Of a stretch of DNA of 64,000 nt, positions 24,310-37,800 are shown piece by piece. The notes beneath the pieces were generated by a model, which did not search any database, was not told the DNA's origin, and saw only the letters and a program-made list of their open reading frames with translations. Made by a program: the position numbers and the translations under genes. Source of the DNA: Scyliorhinus canicula. Lineage: Eukaryota. Location: contig NC_052149.1 in NCBI RefSeq assembly GCF_902713615.1, forward strand, positions 3,276,623-3,340,622, in the 5' to 3' direction. Every line of letters starts with the position of its first letter. Within the stretch, counting starts at the first letter, position 1.

Positions 24310-26315
24310 CTCCACCTCCTGCAGCCCCAACACCCCTCCTATCCCTGTAACTTCCTGCAGCCCCTACACCCCTCCCTATCTCTGTAACCTCCTCCAGCCC
24401 CTACACACCTCCCTATCTCTGTAACCTCCTCCAGACCCTACACCCCTCCCTATTGCTGCAACCTCCTCCAGACCCTACACCCCTAACTCTGTAACATCCT
24501 CCACTCTACACCCCTCCCTATCTCTGTAACCTCCTCCAGCCCCTACACACCTCCCTATCTCTGTAACCTCCTCCAGACCCTACACCCCTCCCTATTGCTG
24601 CAACCTCCTCCAGACCCTACACCCCTAACTCTGTAACATCCTCCACTCTACACCCCTCCCTATCTCTGTAACCTCCTCCAGACCCAGCACCCTCCCTCTC
24701 TCTGTAACCTCCTCCAGCCTCTACACCCCTCCCTATCTCTGCAACCTCCTCCAACCCCTACACCCCTCCTTATCTCTGATAAGCACAGTGAGCTAAACAG
24801 CTGGCTTGTAACGCAGAACAATACCAGCAGCGCGGGCTCAATTCCTGTACCAGCCTCCCCGAACAGGTGCCGGAATGTGGTGACTAGGGGCTTTTCACAG
24901 TAACCTCATTAAAACCTACTTGTGACAATAAGAAATTATGATTAACCACCTTCAGACACAACACCCTCCCTCTCTGTAACCTCCTCCTGCCCCTACACCC
25001 CCTCCCTATCTCTGTAACCTCCTCCTGCCCCTACACCCCCTCCCTATCTCTGTAACCTCCTCCAGCCCCTACACACCTCCCTATCTCTGTAACCTCCTCC
25101 AGACCCTACACCCCTCCCTATTGCTGCAACCTCCTCCAGACCCTACACCCCTAACTCTGTAACATCCTCCACTCTACACCCCTCCCTATCTCTGTAACCT
25201 CCTCCAGACCCAGCACCCTCCCTCTCTCTGTAACCTCCTCCAGCCTCTACACCCCTCCCTATCTCTGCAACCTCCTCCAACCCCTACACCCCTCCTTATC
25301 TCTGATAAGCACAGTGAGCTAAACAGCTGGCTTGTAACGCAGAACAATACCAGCAGCGCGGGCTCAATTCCTGTACCAGCCTCCCCCGAACAGGTGCCGG
25401 AATGTGGTGACTAGGGGCTTTTCACAGTAACCTCATTAAAACCTACTTGTGACAATAAGAAATTATGATTAACCACCTTCAGACACAACACCCTCCCTCT
25501 CTGTAACCTCCTCCTGCCCCTACACCCCCTCCCTATCTCTGTAACCTCCTCCTGCCCCTACACCCCCTCCCTATCTCTGTAACCTCCTCCAGACCCAACA
25601 CCCCTCCCTATCTCTGTAACCTCCTCCAGCCCCTACACCCCCTCCCTATCTCTGTAACCTCCTCCGGCCCCTATACCCCTCCCTATCTCTGTAACCTCCT
25701 CCAGACCCAACACCCCTCCCTATCTCTGTAACCTCCTCCAGCCCCTACACCCCTCCCTATCTCTGTAACCTCCTCCAGACCCTACACCCCCTCCCTATCT
25801 CTGTAACCTCCTCCAGCCCCTACACCCCCTCCCTATCTCTGTAACCTCCTCCAGACCCTACACCCCCTCCCTATCTCTGTAACCTCCTCCAGCCCCTACA
25901 CCCCCTCCCTATCTCTGTAACCTCCTCCAGCCCCTACACCCCCTCCCTATCTCTGTAACCTCCTCCAGCCTCTACACCCCTCCCTATCTCTGTAACCTCC
26001 TCCAGCCCCTACACCCCCTCCCTATCTCTGTAACCTCCTCCAGCCTCTACACCCCTCCCTATCTCTGTAACCTCCTCCATCCCCTACACCCCTCCCTATC
26101 TCTGTAACCTCCTCCAGACCCTACACCCCCTCCCTATCTCTGTAACCTCCTCCATCCCCTACACCCCTCCCTATCTCTGTAACCTCCTCCAGCCCCTACA
26201 CCCCCTCCCTATCTCTGTAACCTCCTCCAGACCCAACACCCCTCCCTATCTCTGTAACCTCCTCCAGCCCCTACACCCCCTCCCTATCTCTGTAACCTCC
26301 TCCAGCCCCTACACG
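24310..26315. repeat. Minisatellite, ~37-bp unit CCCTACACCCCTCCCTATCTCTGTAACCTCCTCCAGC, in FPGT intron 3, with two embedded SINE copies
   Basis: Direct periodicity; near-identical SINEs at ~24778-24943 and ~25304-25470. Confidence 0.95.
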
Positions 26316-26760
26316 CGCTACCTACTGAGCCAAGGCTGGCTTTCGATATCCAGTACAGCCTGTTCAAATAATGAGAGAAACTTCTTTAACTTTAGAATTG
26401 TATAATCAATACCAAAGACATTAAGCCCACCTGTTTGGAGCCCAGAGTCAGGGAGTTTGAAACTTAGCTCACGACTTGAAATGAAAAATGAAATGAAATG
26501 AAAATCGCTTATTGTCACAAGTAGGCTTCAAATGAAGTTACTGTGAATAGCCCCTAGTCGCCATAGTCCGGCGCCTGTTCGGGGAGGCTGGTACGGGAAT
26601 TGAACCGTGCTGCTGGCCTGCCTTGGTCTGCTTTCAAAGCCAGCGATTTAGCCCAGTGTGCTAAACCAGCCCCTGATACTTCAGAGATACTTCAGAGTAT
26701 CCCATGCTTAACTCAAACAATTTTCTTCTTAACCCGGAGAGAAAGACTTTCAATATTTAC

Positions 26761-26853
26761 CTGCGTGAATTAAAAGAATGTTGAAGCTATCCAACTTGTC
26801 TTCATAGAGTTCCTCTAATCGATGAAGTGCGTGGAGTGTAGACCCTCCGTTTC
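26761..26853 (-). CDS. FPGT: FPGT exon 3 (93 nt)
   Basis: cacag|GAAACGGAGGG...CACGCAG|gtaaat; (G)NGGSTLHALHRLEELYEDKLDSFNILLIHA; phase 1 at both ends. Confidence 0.95.
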
Positions 26854-27229
26854 CTGTGCAAAAACACATACGAATGAACAACATTCCTGCAATCCTCTGA
26901 TATAGTCCAACCTCTGAGCCATTAATACTCAAACATGACTTACTGTCCTTGCTCATTCTGTAATGTTCCATATGTTGCAGAGGGGAATGATTGGGCTGAA
27001 CAACCCACTCTCTGACTGGACAATCTCATTTGTAAATCAAATTATTTAAAAGAGCTTTTCCATTCAGAGAGTCAGGCAGGTAGGGGAGTAATTCCTATTT
27101 ACCTTATCCAAAATAGGAAATTTCAATTGGGGTACGTGAACATGAATTTTGATAAGTGACAGGATAGATGCACAAAATGAACTAGTTAGTGACAGGCAGC
27201 GTAGTGTTGTACGGGAAAGTTCATGTGTC

Positions 27230-28455
27230 TTTTGAAGAGGCGGCAAAGAAAATTGATGAGGGAAGGGCTGTGGATGTAGTTTATATGGACTTTAGTCAGT
27301 CGTTTGATTAGATTGGACAACGTCACACGTGACAGACTGGTACAAAAACTAAAATCGCATGATTTGGAATTTGGGTGGGCTGGCTAGATGGATACAGAAC
27401 TGGCTTGGTTATAGAAGATAGAGAGTAGCGATGGAACGGTGTTTTTCAGAATGGAGATCTGTAGTTAGTGGTGTTCCACAGGGATCCGTGCTGGGACCTC
27501 TGTTGTTTGTAGTATGTATAAATGATCTGGCGGAAAATGTGGGTGGTCTGATTAGTAGGTTTGCGGATGACACAAAGTTTCGCAGAGTTGCTGATAGTGC
27601 CGAGGATTATCAGAGGATACAACAGGATATAGATGGATTACAGACTTGGGCACAGAAATGGCAGATGGAGTTTAATCCGGACAAATAAAAGGTGATGCAT
27701 TTTGGAGGATCAAATCTAGGTATGAATTATACTGTAAATGGCAGGACTCTTAAGAATAGAGGGATCTGGGCGTGCAGGTCCACAGTTCCCTAAAAGTGGC
27801 AACAGGTGATTAAGAAGGCAAATGGCACGCTTGCCTTCATCAGCCGAGGCACTGAGTACAGGAGTTGGGAAATCATGTTGCAGCTGTATAAAACCTTGGT
27901 TAGGCCGCATTTGGAGCACTGCGTTCAATTCTGGTCACCACATTATCAGAAGGACATGGAAGCTTTGCAGAGAGGGCAAAGAAGATACACCAGGATGTTG
28001 CCTGGTCTCGAGGGTGTTGGCTATGAGGAGAGGTTGAATAAACTAGGATTGTTTTCATTGGAAAGACAGAAGCTGAGGGGAGACCTGATAGAGGTCTAAA
28101 AAATTATAAGAGGCACAGACAGGGTGGATAGTCAGAGGCTTTTTCCAAGGGTGGTGGTGTCAATTACAAGGGGGCAGAGGTTCAAGGTGAGATGGGGAAG
28201 GTTTAAGGGAGTTGTGCGGGGTAAGTTTTTCACGCAGAGAGCGGCGGGTGCATGGAACGCGCTGCCAGAGGATGTGGTGGAAGCCGGCACATTAGCAACA
28301 TTTAAGAGGCACCTGGCTGGATACATGAATAGGGAGGAAATAGGGATATGGACGTAGTTAAGGGCAGAATTAAACAAAAAAAGTTAGGACATCATGATGG
28401 GCTCAGACTTGGAGGGCCGAAGGGCCTGTTCCCAGGCTGTACTTTTATTTATTCT
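27230..28455 (+). mobile_element. CR1 LINE 3' fragment (decayed)
   Basis: SGVPQGSVLGPLLF...RFADDTK; [10 protein letters not shown]. Confidence 0.9.
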
Positions 28456-28777
28456 TTTGAAAGAGAAAATGGGATGAGTACAGCTCCTCTCTAATCTGGG
28501 GAATTAATGATAAATAAGGAAATAGTGAAATTGTTGAACAGATAGTATGTTCATCACTGTAGATGACAAAAATAACAGTCCAGAAATATTTGAAATTGAA
28601 GAGAGGAAAAGGAGAGAGGAACTTAAAACAATTACAATCACCAGGGAAAGGGTGCTGAGAAAATTATTAGAATTAAACATTGACAAGTCCCCAGGGACTT
28701 GATAAACTGCATCCTAGAGTGTTACATGAAGTTGTTGCGGAGATAGTTGTCGCGGAGATAGTCGTCGCGGAGATAGT

Positions 28778-29345
28778 TGTTATGTAAGAGTCCCTTTATG
28801 AAATGCGTGCTTCTCAAATGGCAGCAGTGATGTCAGAGTGTGGGTGGAGCTGGGCTGTCTTTCACTTTCATTTTGAGCTGAAAAGCTGCTTTGTGGCTCT
28901 GTTTAGTTTTGTTTTAGATCTGGAGAAGCTGCAGTCACAGCAAGATGTGTATGAATCTCTGCAAGCTAAAGAATGTTCATTTGGTGATTTCAAAGGTGGT
29001 CACTGCTCTCAGTAGTGAATTTAAACCTGCTGTCCTTCTGTAAAAAGGGTTTTTGTCTTATGGATGTTGCTATGAAAGATTTACGGATTACTTATAGAGT
29101 ACTGTATTCTTGGGGGGGGGTGTATTTGAATTGACGGTTGCTAAGATGTTCACTGTATGTTTACAAAATGTTAACTGGGTTCATAGAATAAACATTGTTT
29201 TTATTTTAAAATACCCTTAGTTCTCTGTTATATCACACCTGTAAAGTGGACCCTTGTGTTCCCCAGAACCAAAATCTATTTAAAGTTGTGGGTCAGGTGA
29301 ATTCCATGATACACTTTGGGGTTCTCTAAACCCTGGACCATAACA
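28778..29345 (+). mobile_element. Solo LTR inserted in an old CR1
   Basis: TGTTATG...CATAACA termini, TAGT target-site duplication, internal AATAAA. Confidence 0.8.
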
Positions 29346-29559
29346 TAGTATAATACTGAATGAAACTTCTCAAAATTCCTTTGATTCTGGAAACGGTCCA
29401 TCAAATTGGAAATTAGTGAGTGCAGCTCCTCTATTCAAGAGGAGAAGATGACAGAAAGCAGAAACTGCAGGCCAATTACTCTAACATCTGTCATAGGGAA
29501 AATGCTATAATCTATTATTAAGGAGGCATCTCAATGTCTCGTCTCCTCATTAAGGATAA

Positions 29560-30250
29560 CGCAGACATTCTAGTTAAAGAGGAGTGTGAAATATTAAATG
29601 CAATAAGCATAGTGAGGGAGGAAACATCGGAGGGACTGGCAGCCTTGAAGGTGGACTAATCATCAGGGCTGGATGGTTTGTATCCCAGGCTGCTGAAGGA
29701 AGCCAGCAAGGAAGAAACAGATGCCCGGAGGATCATTTTGCAATCCCCAGAGGATCAGAGGTTTGGGAATGTTGCATCATTCTTCTAAAAGGGCGAGAGA
29801 GATTGACAGAAATCTTTAGGCCAGTCAGTCTGATTTTGGTGCTGGGCAAATTATTAGAGACAGGACAAGTTGTCACTTAGAAAGACACGGATTCATAGTC
29901 AGCATGATTCTGTTAGGGGAAGATCTGTCGTAACAACATTTTTTGAGGGAGAAACGCTAAGTATTGAGATTTCAGTATGACACTTGACAAGGTCGCATAT
30001 GGCAAACTGGCCAGAAAAGGTGAGAGCTCACAGGATAAAAGGAAGGTGGCAGGTTGGATCCAAAATTGGCTCAGTGACAAGAAACAAAGTGGATGTTTTT
30101 TGCGAATGGGAAACAGCTCCAAGTGGTGTTCCCCACGATTCAGCGTTGGGCCCTTTGTTGTCTATATTAATGATTTAGACTTGAATGTGGGAGGCATGAT
30201 TGGAAAATTTGCAGATGACACAAAAATTGGCAACGTAGTTGATGGTGAAG
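29560..30250 (+). mobile_element. Old CR1 RT fragment
   Basis: YINDLDLNVGGMIGKFADDTKIG. Confidence 0.8.
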
Positions 30251-30259
30251 CGGAAATAT

Positions 30260-31925
30260 AATTTCTCCTTCCTTGAGAGGATTGCTATCACTAAGGAGGT
30301 AGTGATGGGAAAGCTAATGGGGCTAAAGGTAGACAAGTCTCCTGGCCCTGATGGAATGCATCCCAGAGTGCTAAAAGAGATGGCTAGGGAAATTGCAGAT
30401 GCACTAGTGATAATTTACCGAAATTCACTAGACTCTGGGGTGGTCCCGGTGGATAGGAAATTAGCAAACGTGACGCCACTGTTTAAAAAAGCAGGTAGGC
30501 AGAAAGCAGGAAATTATAGGCCAGTGAGTTTAACTTCGGTAATAGGGAAGATGCTGGAATCTATCATCAAGGAAGAAATTGCGAGGCATCTGGATAGAAA
30601 TTGTCCCATTGGGCAGACGCAGCATGGGTTCGTAAAAGGCAGGTCATGCCTAACTAATTTAGTGGAATTTTTTGAGGACATTACCAGTGCAGTAGATAAT
30701 GGGGAGCCGATGGATGTGGTATATCTGGAGTTCCAGAAAGCCTTTGACAAGGTGCCACACAAAAGGTTGCTGCATAAAATAAAGATGCATGGCATTAAGG
30801 GTAAAGTAGTAGCATGGATAGAGGATTGGTTAATTAATAGAAAGCAAAGAATTGGGATAAATGGGTGTTTCTCTGGTTGGCAATCAGTAGCTAGTGGTGT
30901 CCCTCAGGGATCCGCGTTGGGCCCACAATTGTTCACAATTTACATTGATGATTTGGAGTTGGGGACCAAGGGCAATGTGTCCAAGTTTGCAGATGACACT
31001 AAGATGAGTGGTAAAGCGAAAAGTGCAGAGGATACTGGAAGTCTGCAGAGGGATTTGGATAGGTTAAGTGAATGGGCTCGGGTCTGGCAGATGGAATACA
31101 ATGTTGACAAATGTGAGGTTATCCATTTTGGTAGGAATAACAGCAAATGGGATTATTATTTAAACGATAAAATATTAAAGCATGCCGCTGTTCAGAGAGA
31201 CTTGGGTGTGCTAGTGCATGAGTCACAGAAGGTTGGTTTACAAGTGCAACAGGTGATTAAGAAGGTAAATGGAATTTTGTCCTTCATTGCTAGAGGGATG
31301 GAGTTTAAGACTAGGGAGGTTATGTTGCAATTGTATAAGGTGTTAGTGCGGCCACACCTGGAGTATTGTGTTCAGTTTTGGTCTCCTTACTTGAGAAAGG
31401 ACGTACTGGCGCTGGAGGGTGTGCAGAGGAGATTCACTAGGTTAATCCCAGAGCTGAAGGGGTTGGATTATGAGGAGAGGTTGAGTAGACTGGGACTGTA
31501 CTCATTGGAATTTAGAAGGATGAGGGGGGATCTTATAGAAACATTTAAAATTATGAAGGGAATAGATAGGATAGATGCGGGCAGGTTGTTTCCACTGGCG
31601 GGTGACAGCAGAACTAGGGGGCATAGCCTCAAAATAAGGGGAAGTAGATTTAGGACTGAGTTTAGGAGGAACTTCTTCACCCAAAGGGTTGTGAATCTAT
31701 GGAATTCCTTGCCCAGTGAAGCAGTTGAGGCCCCTTCATTACATGTTTTTAAGGTAAAGATAGATAGTTTTTTGAAGAATAAAGGGATTAAGGGTTATGG
31801 TGTTCGGGCCGGAAAGTGGAGCTGAGTCCACAAAAGATCAGCCATGATCTAATTGAATGGCGGAGCAGGCTCGAGGGGCCAGATGGCCTACTCCTGCTCC
31901 TAGTTCTTATGTTCTTATGTTCTTA
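30260..31925 (+). mobile_element. Young 5'-truncated CR1 LINE with an uninterrupted RT reading frame (ORF 30239..31825) and 3' tail
   Basis: DKSPGPDG, NYRPVSLTS, KAFDKVPH, GVPQGS, KFADD with no stops; tail (TTCTTATG)n. Confidence 0.95.
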
Positions 31926-32744
31926 ATCGCTCCACCACTGGGGACTGTGCTTCCAGCTGCCCGAGCCCAAAGTTCTGGAATTACTTCCCTACACTGCTCT
32001 GCCTCGCTGACCTGTCTTTCCTCTTTTAAGATGCTCATTACAACTGACCTCTGTGATCAAGCGTTTGTTCAGCTGTCCTGATATCACAAGTGGCTCGGTG
32101 CAAACTTAATTTTATAATGCTCCTGTGAAGCACCTTTGTGATATTATAAGTGTTCTAATATAATAATCTTTATTGTCACAAGTAAGCTTCCATTAACACT
32201 GCAGTGTTAATGTAGGCGACTAGGGGCTTTATACCGTTACGGTGTAAAGTCCTTAGTTGCCACGTTGCGGTGACTGTTCGGGTACACAGAGGGAGAATTC
32301 AGAATGTCCAATTCACCTAACAGCACGTCTTTCGGGACTTGTGGAAGCAAACGGGAGAATCCGGAGGAAACCCCCGCAGACACGGGGAGAACGTGCAGAC
32401 TCCACACAGACAGTGACCCAGCGGGGAATCGAACCTGGGATCCTGGCACTGTGTAGCAACAGTGTAATATCATGTTGCTCCTTCTCCTTTAGATTAGACA
32501 CAAACTAGGGGCCACAAATATGATATTGACTAAAAAAATCCAAGGGAATTCAGGAGAAACTTCTTTATCCAGAGTGGTGAGAATGTGGAACTTGCTCCCA
32601 CAAGGAGTGGTTTAGGTGAATAAAATCAATATATTTAAGAGGAAGCTGGATAAATACACGAGGGGACAAAGGAATAGAAGGATATGGTGACAGAATGAGC
32701 TGGAGAAGGGTGGAATGAGACTCCTGTGGAGCATACACTCTGGT

Positions 32745-33940
32745 ATAGAAACATAGAAAATACAAACAGGAAGAGGCCATTCAGCCCTTCGAGCCTGCTC
32801 CGCCACTCATTATCATAGCTGATCATCCAACTCAATAGCCTAATCCCACTTTCCCCCATATCCTTTGATCCCTTTAGCCCCAAATGTTCTATCTAACTCC
32901 TTCTTGAAACCATTCAATGTTGTGGCCTCAACTGCTTCCTGTAGCAGCGAATTCCACTGGCCGATCATTCTCTGGGAGATGAAATTTCTCATCTCAGTCC
33001 TAAAAGATTCACCCGTAACCTTAGACTGACGCCTGGTTCTGGACGCCCCCACCACTGGGAACATCTCAAGACATCCCAGCTCCTGTACTCGAATCCTCTC
33101 GGAATGAAGGCCAACATACCATTTGCCTCTTTACCGCCTGCTGTATCTGCATGCTTACCTTCAGTGACTGGTGTACGAGGACACCCAAGTTTCGTGGCAC
33201 ATTCCCCTCTCCTAATTTATGGCCATTCAGATAATAGTCTGCCTTCTCGTATTTGCTACCAAAGTGGATAACCTCGCATTTCTCCAAATTATACTGCATC
33301 TGCCATTTATTTGCCCACTCACTCAACTTGTCCAAATCACACTGAAGGATCTCTGCATCCTCCTCACAGCCCACCCTCCCACCCAACTTTGTCTCATCGG
33401 TAAATTTGGGGATATTTCCTTTAATTCCCACATCCAAATCATTAATATATATTGTGAATTGCTTGCTAGCACCTAGCCTTATGGTACCCCCACTAGTCAC
33501 TGCCTGCAAATTTGGAAAAAACTGTTAATTCCTACTCTTTCCTCCCCATCTGCCAACCAGATTTCTATCCATCTCAATACACTACCCTCAATCCTATGCA
33601 CTTTAATTTTACACGCTAAACTCTTCTGTGGGACCTTGTTGAAAGCTTTCTAAAAGTCAAAATAAACCACATCCACTGACTCCACCTCGTCAATTCTACT
33701 AGTTACATCTTCAAAGAATTCCAGTAGATTTGTCAAATAGATTTGTCCCTTTCGTAAATCCATGCTGAATCTGTCTGATTCGATCATTGTTTTCCAAGTT
33801 CTCTGCTGTGAAAGCTTTGAGAATAGATTCCTGCATTTTGTCCACTCCCAACGTCAGGCTATAATTCCGTTTCCTCTCTACCTCCGTTTTTAAGTGGGGT
33901 TACAGTAGCTACCCTCCAATTAGGAGGACTAAACGGCCTG
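32745..33940 (-). mobile_element. CR1 LINE fragment (decayed)
   Basis: FTIYINDLDVGI...KCEVIHFGS; WRVATVTPL. Confidence 0.85.
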
Positions 33941-34190
33941 TTTCTGTCTTGTAACTGGGTAATTCTATGCTCTACACAGGAAAACAAGCCCAGCCTCTCC
34001 AAATTTACAAGTCCTTCATCCACGATTCGGTTCTGGTAAATCTCTCTGCACTCTCTCCAATACCTTGACATCTGTCAACGGTAGGTGTATCCAGAATCGG
34101 ATACAATAGTCCTACTGAGGCTGTAGAAACAATTAATGAGGGTTTAGCAACTGTGTAGCTGATCACTTTGTACAAGGAAGGAGCACTCAC

Positions 34191-34358
34191 CAATTTTTGG
34201 CCCCAAAGGATCAGCAAACACGTGATACCGTACACCGAGGGGAAGCTCATTGCTCTGCAGCTTGTTGCTGATCTGCTGCTCGAACACCAGCTCTTGTCTT
34301 CCATCAGCAGCTGTAATGACCACAATGTCCCAGAACTCACCAGGAGTTACCTCCTTTC
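34191..34358 (-). CDS. FPGT: FPGT exon 2 (168 nt)
   Basis: gcccag|GAAAGGAG...AAAATTG|gtgagt; (G)[28 protein letters not shown]...[18 protein letters not shown]. Confidence 0.95.
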
Positions 34359-34852
34359 CTGGGCAAAAAAACAAAAATGATCTTAAGAGGAAGCTCATGA
34401 TTCGTTAACGGCCGTGTTCCAAAGGCCAGGAGTCAGGACACACATCAGCAACCAGGAAAACAAACCAAATCACCTTGCTCATATGAGAGCACAGGAATGA
34501 GGGGCAGGAGTCACCCATCCAGCCCCTTGCGTCTACTCTGCCATCGGATAGGTTCATGGCCAATTGGGTTGAGGATCCATCTCCACTTTCCTGCCCGCTC
34601 CCCTTTGCTTCGAATCCCTGTTTGTCCAACATTGCCTTCACTGCGCTCTGGGGAAGGGAATTCCAAAGACTAATGACCCTTTGAGAGAATAAAAAATTGC
34701 TTCTCATCTCCGTCTTAAATAGCCCAAATTTTCAAACTGTGCCCTTTTGTTCCAGATTACCCACAAGAAAAACCATCCACCCCGCAATCCACCCCGTCAC
34801 ATTCCCACAGCTACTGTTTCACTAAAATCACCCTTTGTTCCGCTAAAGAACT

Positions 34853-37800
34853 GGGGGAGGGGGGGGGGGGGGGGGGGTACCAGTCTCTGGGGGGAGGGGG
34901 GGTTTACCTCTGAGTCTCTGGGGGGGGGGGGTGGTTACCTCAGTCTCTGGGGGGAGGGGGGGTTTACCTCTGAGTCTCTGGGGGGGAGGGTACCTCAGTG
35001 TCTGGGGGGGGGGGAGGGTACCTCAGTGTCTGGGGGGGGGAGGTACCTCAGTGTCTGGGGGGGGGGGAGGTACCTCAGTGTCTGGGGGGGGGGGAGGTAC
35101 CTCAGTGTCTGGGGGGGAGGGTACCTTAGTCTCTGGGGGGGGAGGGTACCTCAGTCTCTGGGGGGGAGGGTACATCAGTCTCTGGGGGGGGAGGGTACTT
35201 CAGTCTCTGGGGGGGGAGGGTACCTCAGTCTCTGGGGGGGGGGGAGGGTACCTCAGTCTCTGGGGGGAGGGGGATTACCCCTCAGTCTCTGGGGGGGAGG
35301 GTACATCAGTCTCTGGGGGGGGGAGGGTACATCAGTCTCTGGGGGGGGGGAGGGTACATCAGCCTCTGGGGGGGGAGGGTACCTCAGCCTCTGGGGGGGG
35401 GGGGGACCTCAGCCTCGGGGGGGGGAGGGTACCTCAGCCTCTGGGGGGGGAGGGTACCTCAGCCTCTGGGGGGGGGAGGGTACCTCAGCCTCTGGGGGGG
35501 GAGGGTACCTCAGCCTCTGGGGGGGGAGGGTACCTCAGCCTCTGGGGGGGAGGGTACCTCAGCCTCTGGAGGGGGAGGGTACCTCAGCCTCTGGGGGGGA
35601 GGGTACCCTCAGCCTCTGGGGGGGGAGGGTACCTCAGCGTCTGGGGGGGGGAGGGTACTCAGCCTCTTGGGGGGGGTACCTCAGCCTCTGGGGGGGGGGG
35701 TACCTCAGCCTCTGGGGGGGGAGGGTACCTCAGCCTCTGGGGGGGGAGGGTACCTCAGCCTCTGGGGGGGGAGGGTACCTCAGCCTCTGGGGGGGGAGGG
35801 TACCTCAGCCTCTGGGGGGGAGGGTACCTCAGCCTCTGGGGGGGGAGGGTACCTCAGCCTCTGGGGGGGGAGGGTACCTCAGCCTCTGGGGGGGGAGGGT
35901 ACCTCAGCCTCTGGGGGGGGAGGGTACCTCAGCCTCTGGGGGGGGAGGGTACCTCAGCCTCTGGGGGGGGAGGGTACCTCAGCCTCTGGGGGGGGAGGGT
36001 ACCTCAGCCTCTGGGGGGGGAGGGTACCTCAGCCTCTGGGGGGGGAGGGTACCTCAGCCTCTGGGGGGGGAGGGTACCTCAGCCTCTGGGGGGGAGGGTA
36101 CCTCAGCCTCTGGGGGGGGAGGGTACCTCAGCCTCTGGGGGGGGAGGGTACCTCAGCCTCTGGGGGGGGAGGGTACCTCAGCCTCTGGGGGGGGAGGGTA
36201 CCTCAGCCTCTGGGGGGGGAGGGTACCTCAGCCTCTGGGGGGGGAGGGTACCTCAGCCTCTGGGGGGGGAGGGTACCTCAGCCTCTGGGGGGGGAGGGTA
36301 CCTCAGCCTCTGGGGGGGGAGGGTACCTCAGCCTCTGGGGGGGGAGGGTACCTCAGCCTCTGGGGGGGGAGGGTACCTCAGCCTCTGGGGGGGGAGGGTA
36401 CCTCAGCCTCTGGGGGGGGAGGGTACCTCAGCCTCTGGGGGGGGAGGGTACCTCAGCCTCTGGGGGGGGAGGGTACCTCAGCCTCTGGGGGGGGAGGGTA
36501 CCTCAGCCTCTGGGGGGGGAGGGTACCTCAGCCTCTGGGGGGGGAGGGTACCTCAGCCTCTGGGGGGGGAGGGTACCTCAGCCTCTGGGGGGGGAGGGTA
36601 CCTCAGCCTCTGGGGGGGGAGGGTACCTCAGCCTCTGGGGGGGGAGGGTACCTCAGCCTCTGGGGGGGGAGGGTACCTCAGCCTCTGGGGGGGGAGGGTA
36701 CCTCAGCCTCTGGGGGGGGAGGGTACCTCAGCCTCTGGGGGGGGAGGGTACCTCAGCCTCTGGGGGGGGGAGGGTACCTCAGCCTCTGGGGGGGGAGGGT
36801 ACCTCAGCCTCTGGGGGGGGAGGGTACCTCAGCCTCTGGGGGGGGAGGGTACCTCAGCCTCTGGGGGGGGAGGGTACCTCAGCCTCTGGGGGGGGAGGGT
36901 ACCTCAGCCTCTGGGGGGGGGAGGGTACCTCAGCCTCTGGGGGGGGGAGGGTACCTCAGCCTCTGGGGGGGGGAGGGTACCTCAGCCTCTGGGGGGGGAG
37001 GGTACCTCAGCCTCTGGGGGGGGGAGGGTACCTCAGCCTCTGGGGGGGGGGGGTACCTCAGCCTCTGGGGGGGGGAGGGTACCTCAGCCTCGGGGGGGGG
37101 GAGGGTACCTCAGCCTCTGGGGGGGGAGGGTACCTCAGCCTCTGGGGGGGGGGGGTACCTCAGCCTCGGGGGGGGGAGGGTACCTCAGCCTCTGGGGGGG
37201 GGAGGGTACCTCAGCCTCTGGGGGGGGAGGGTACCTCAGCCTCTGGGGGGGGGGAGGGTACCTCAGCCTCTGGGGGGGGAGGGTACCTCAGCCTCTGGGG
37301 GGGGGGGGTACCTCAGCCTCTGGGGGGGGAGGGTACCTCAGCCTCTGGGGGGGGAGGGTACCTCAGCCTCTGGGGGGGGAGGGTACCTCAGCCTCTGGGG
37401 GGGGAGGGTACCTCAGCCTCTGGGGGGGGGAGGGTACCTCAGCCTCTGGGGGGGGAGGGTACCTCAGCCTCTGGGGGGGGAGGGTACCTCAGCCTCTGGG
37501 GGGGGAGGGTACCTCAGCCTCTGGGGGGGGAGGGTACCTCAGCCTCTGGGGGGGGAGGGTACCTCAGTCTCTGGGGGGGGAGGGTACCTCAGTCTCTGGG
37601 GGGGGAGGGTACCTCAGTCTCTGGGGGGGGAGGGTACCTCAGTCTCTGGGGGGGGAGGGTACCTCAGTCTCTGGGGGGGGAGGGTACCTCAGTCTCTGGG
37701 GGGGGAGGGTACCTCAGTCTCTGGGGGGGGAGGGTACCTCAGTCTCTGGGGGGGGAGGGTACCTCAGTCTCTGGGGGGGGAGGGTACCTCAGTCTCTGGG

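Noticed and set aside
30239-31825. Host gene or autonomous retroelement
   Set aside because: 5'-truncated CR1 lacking endonuclease and ORF1; the ORF start comes from an adjacent older fragment
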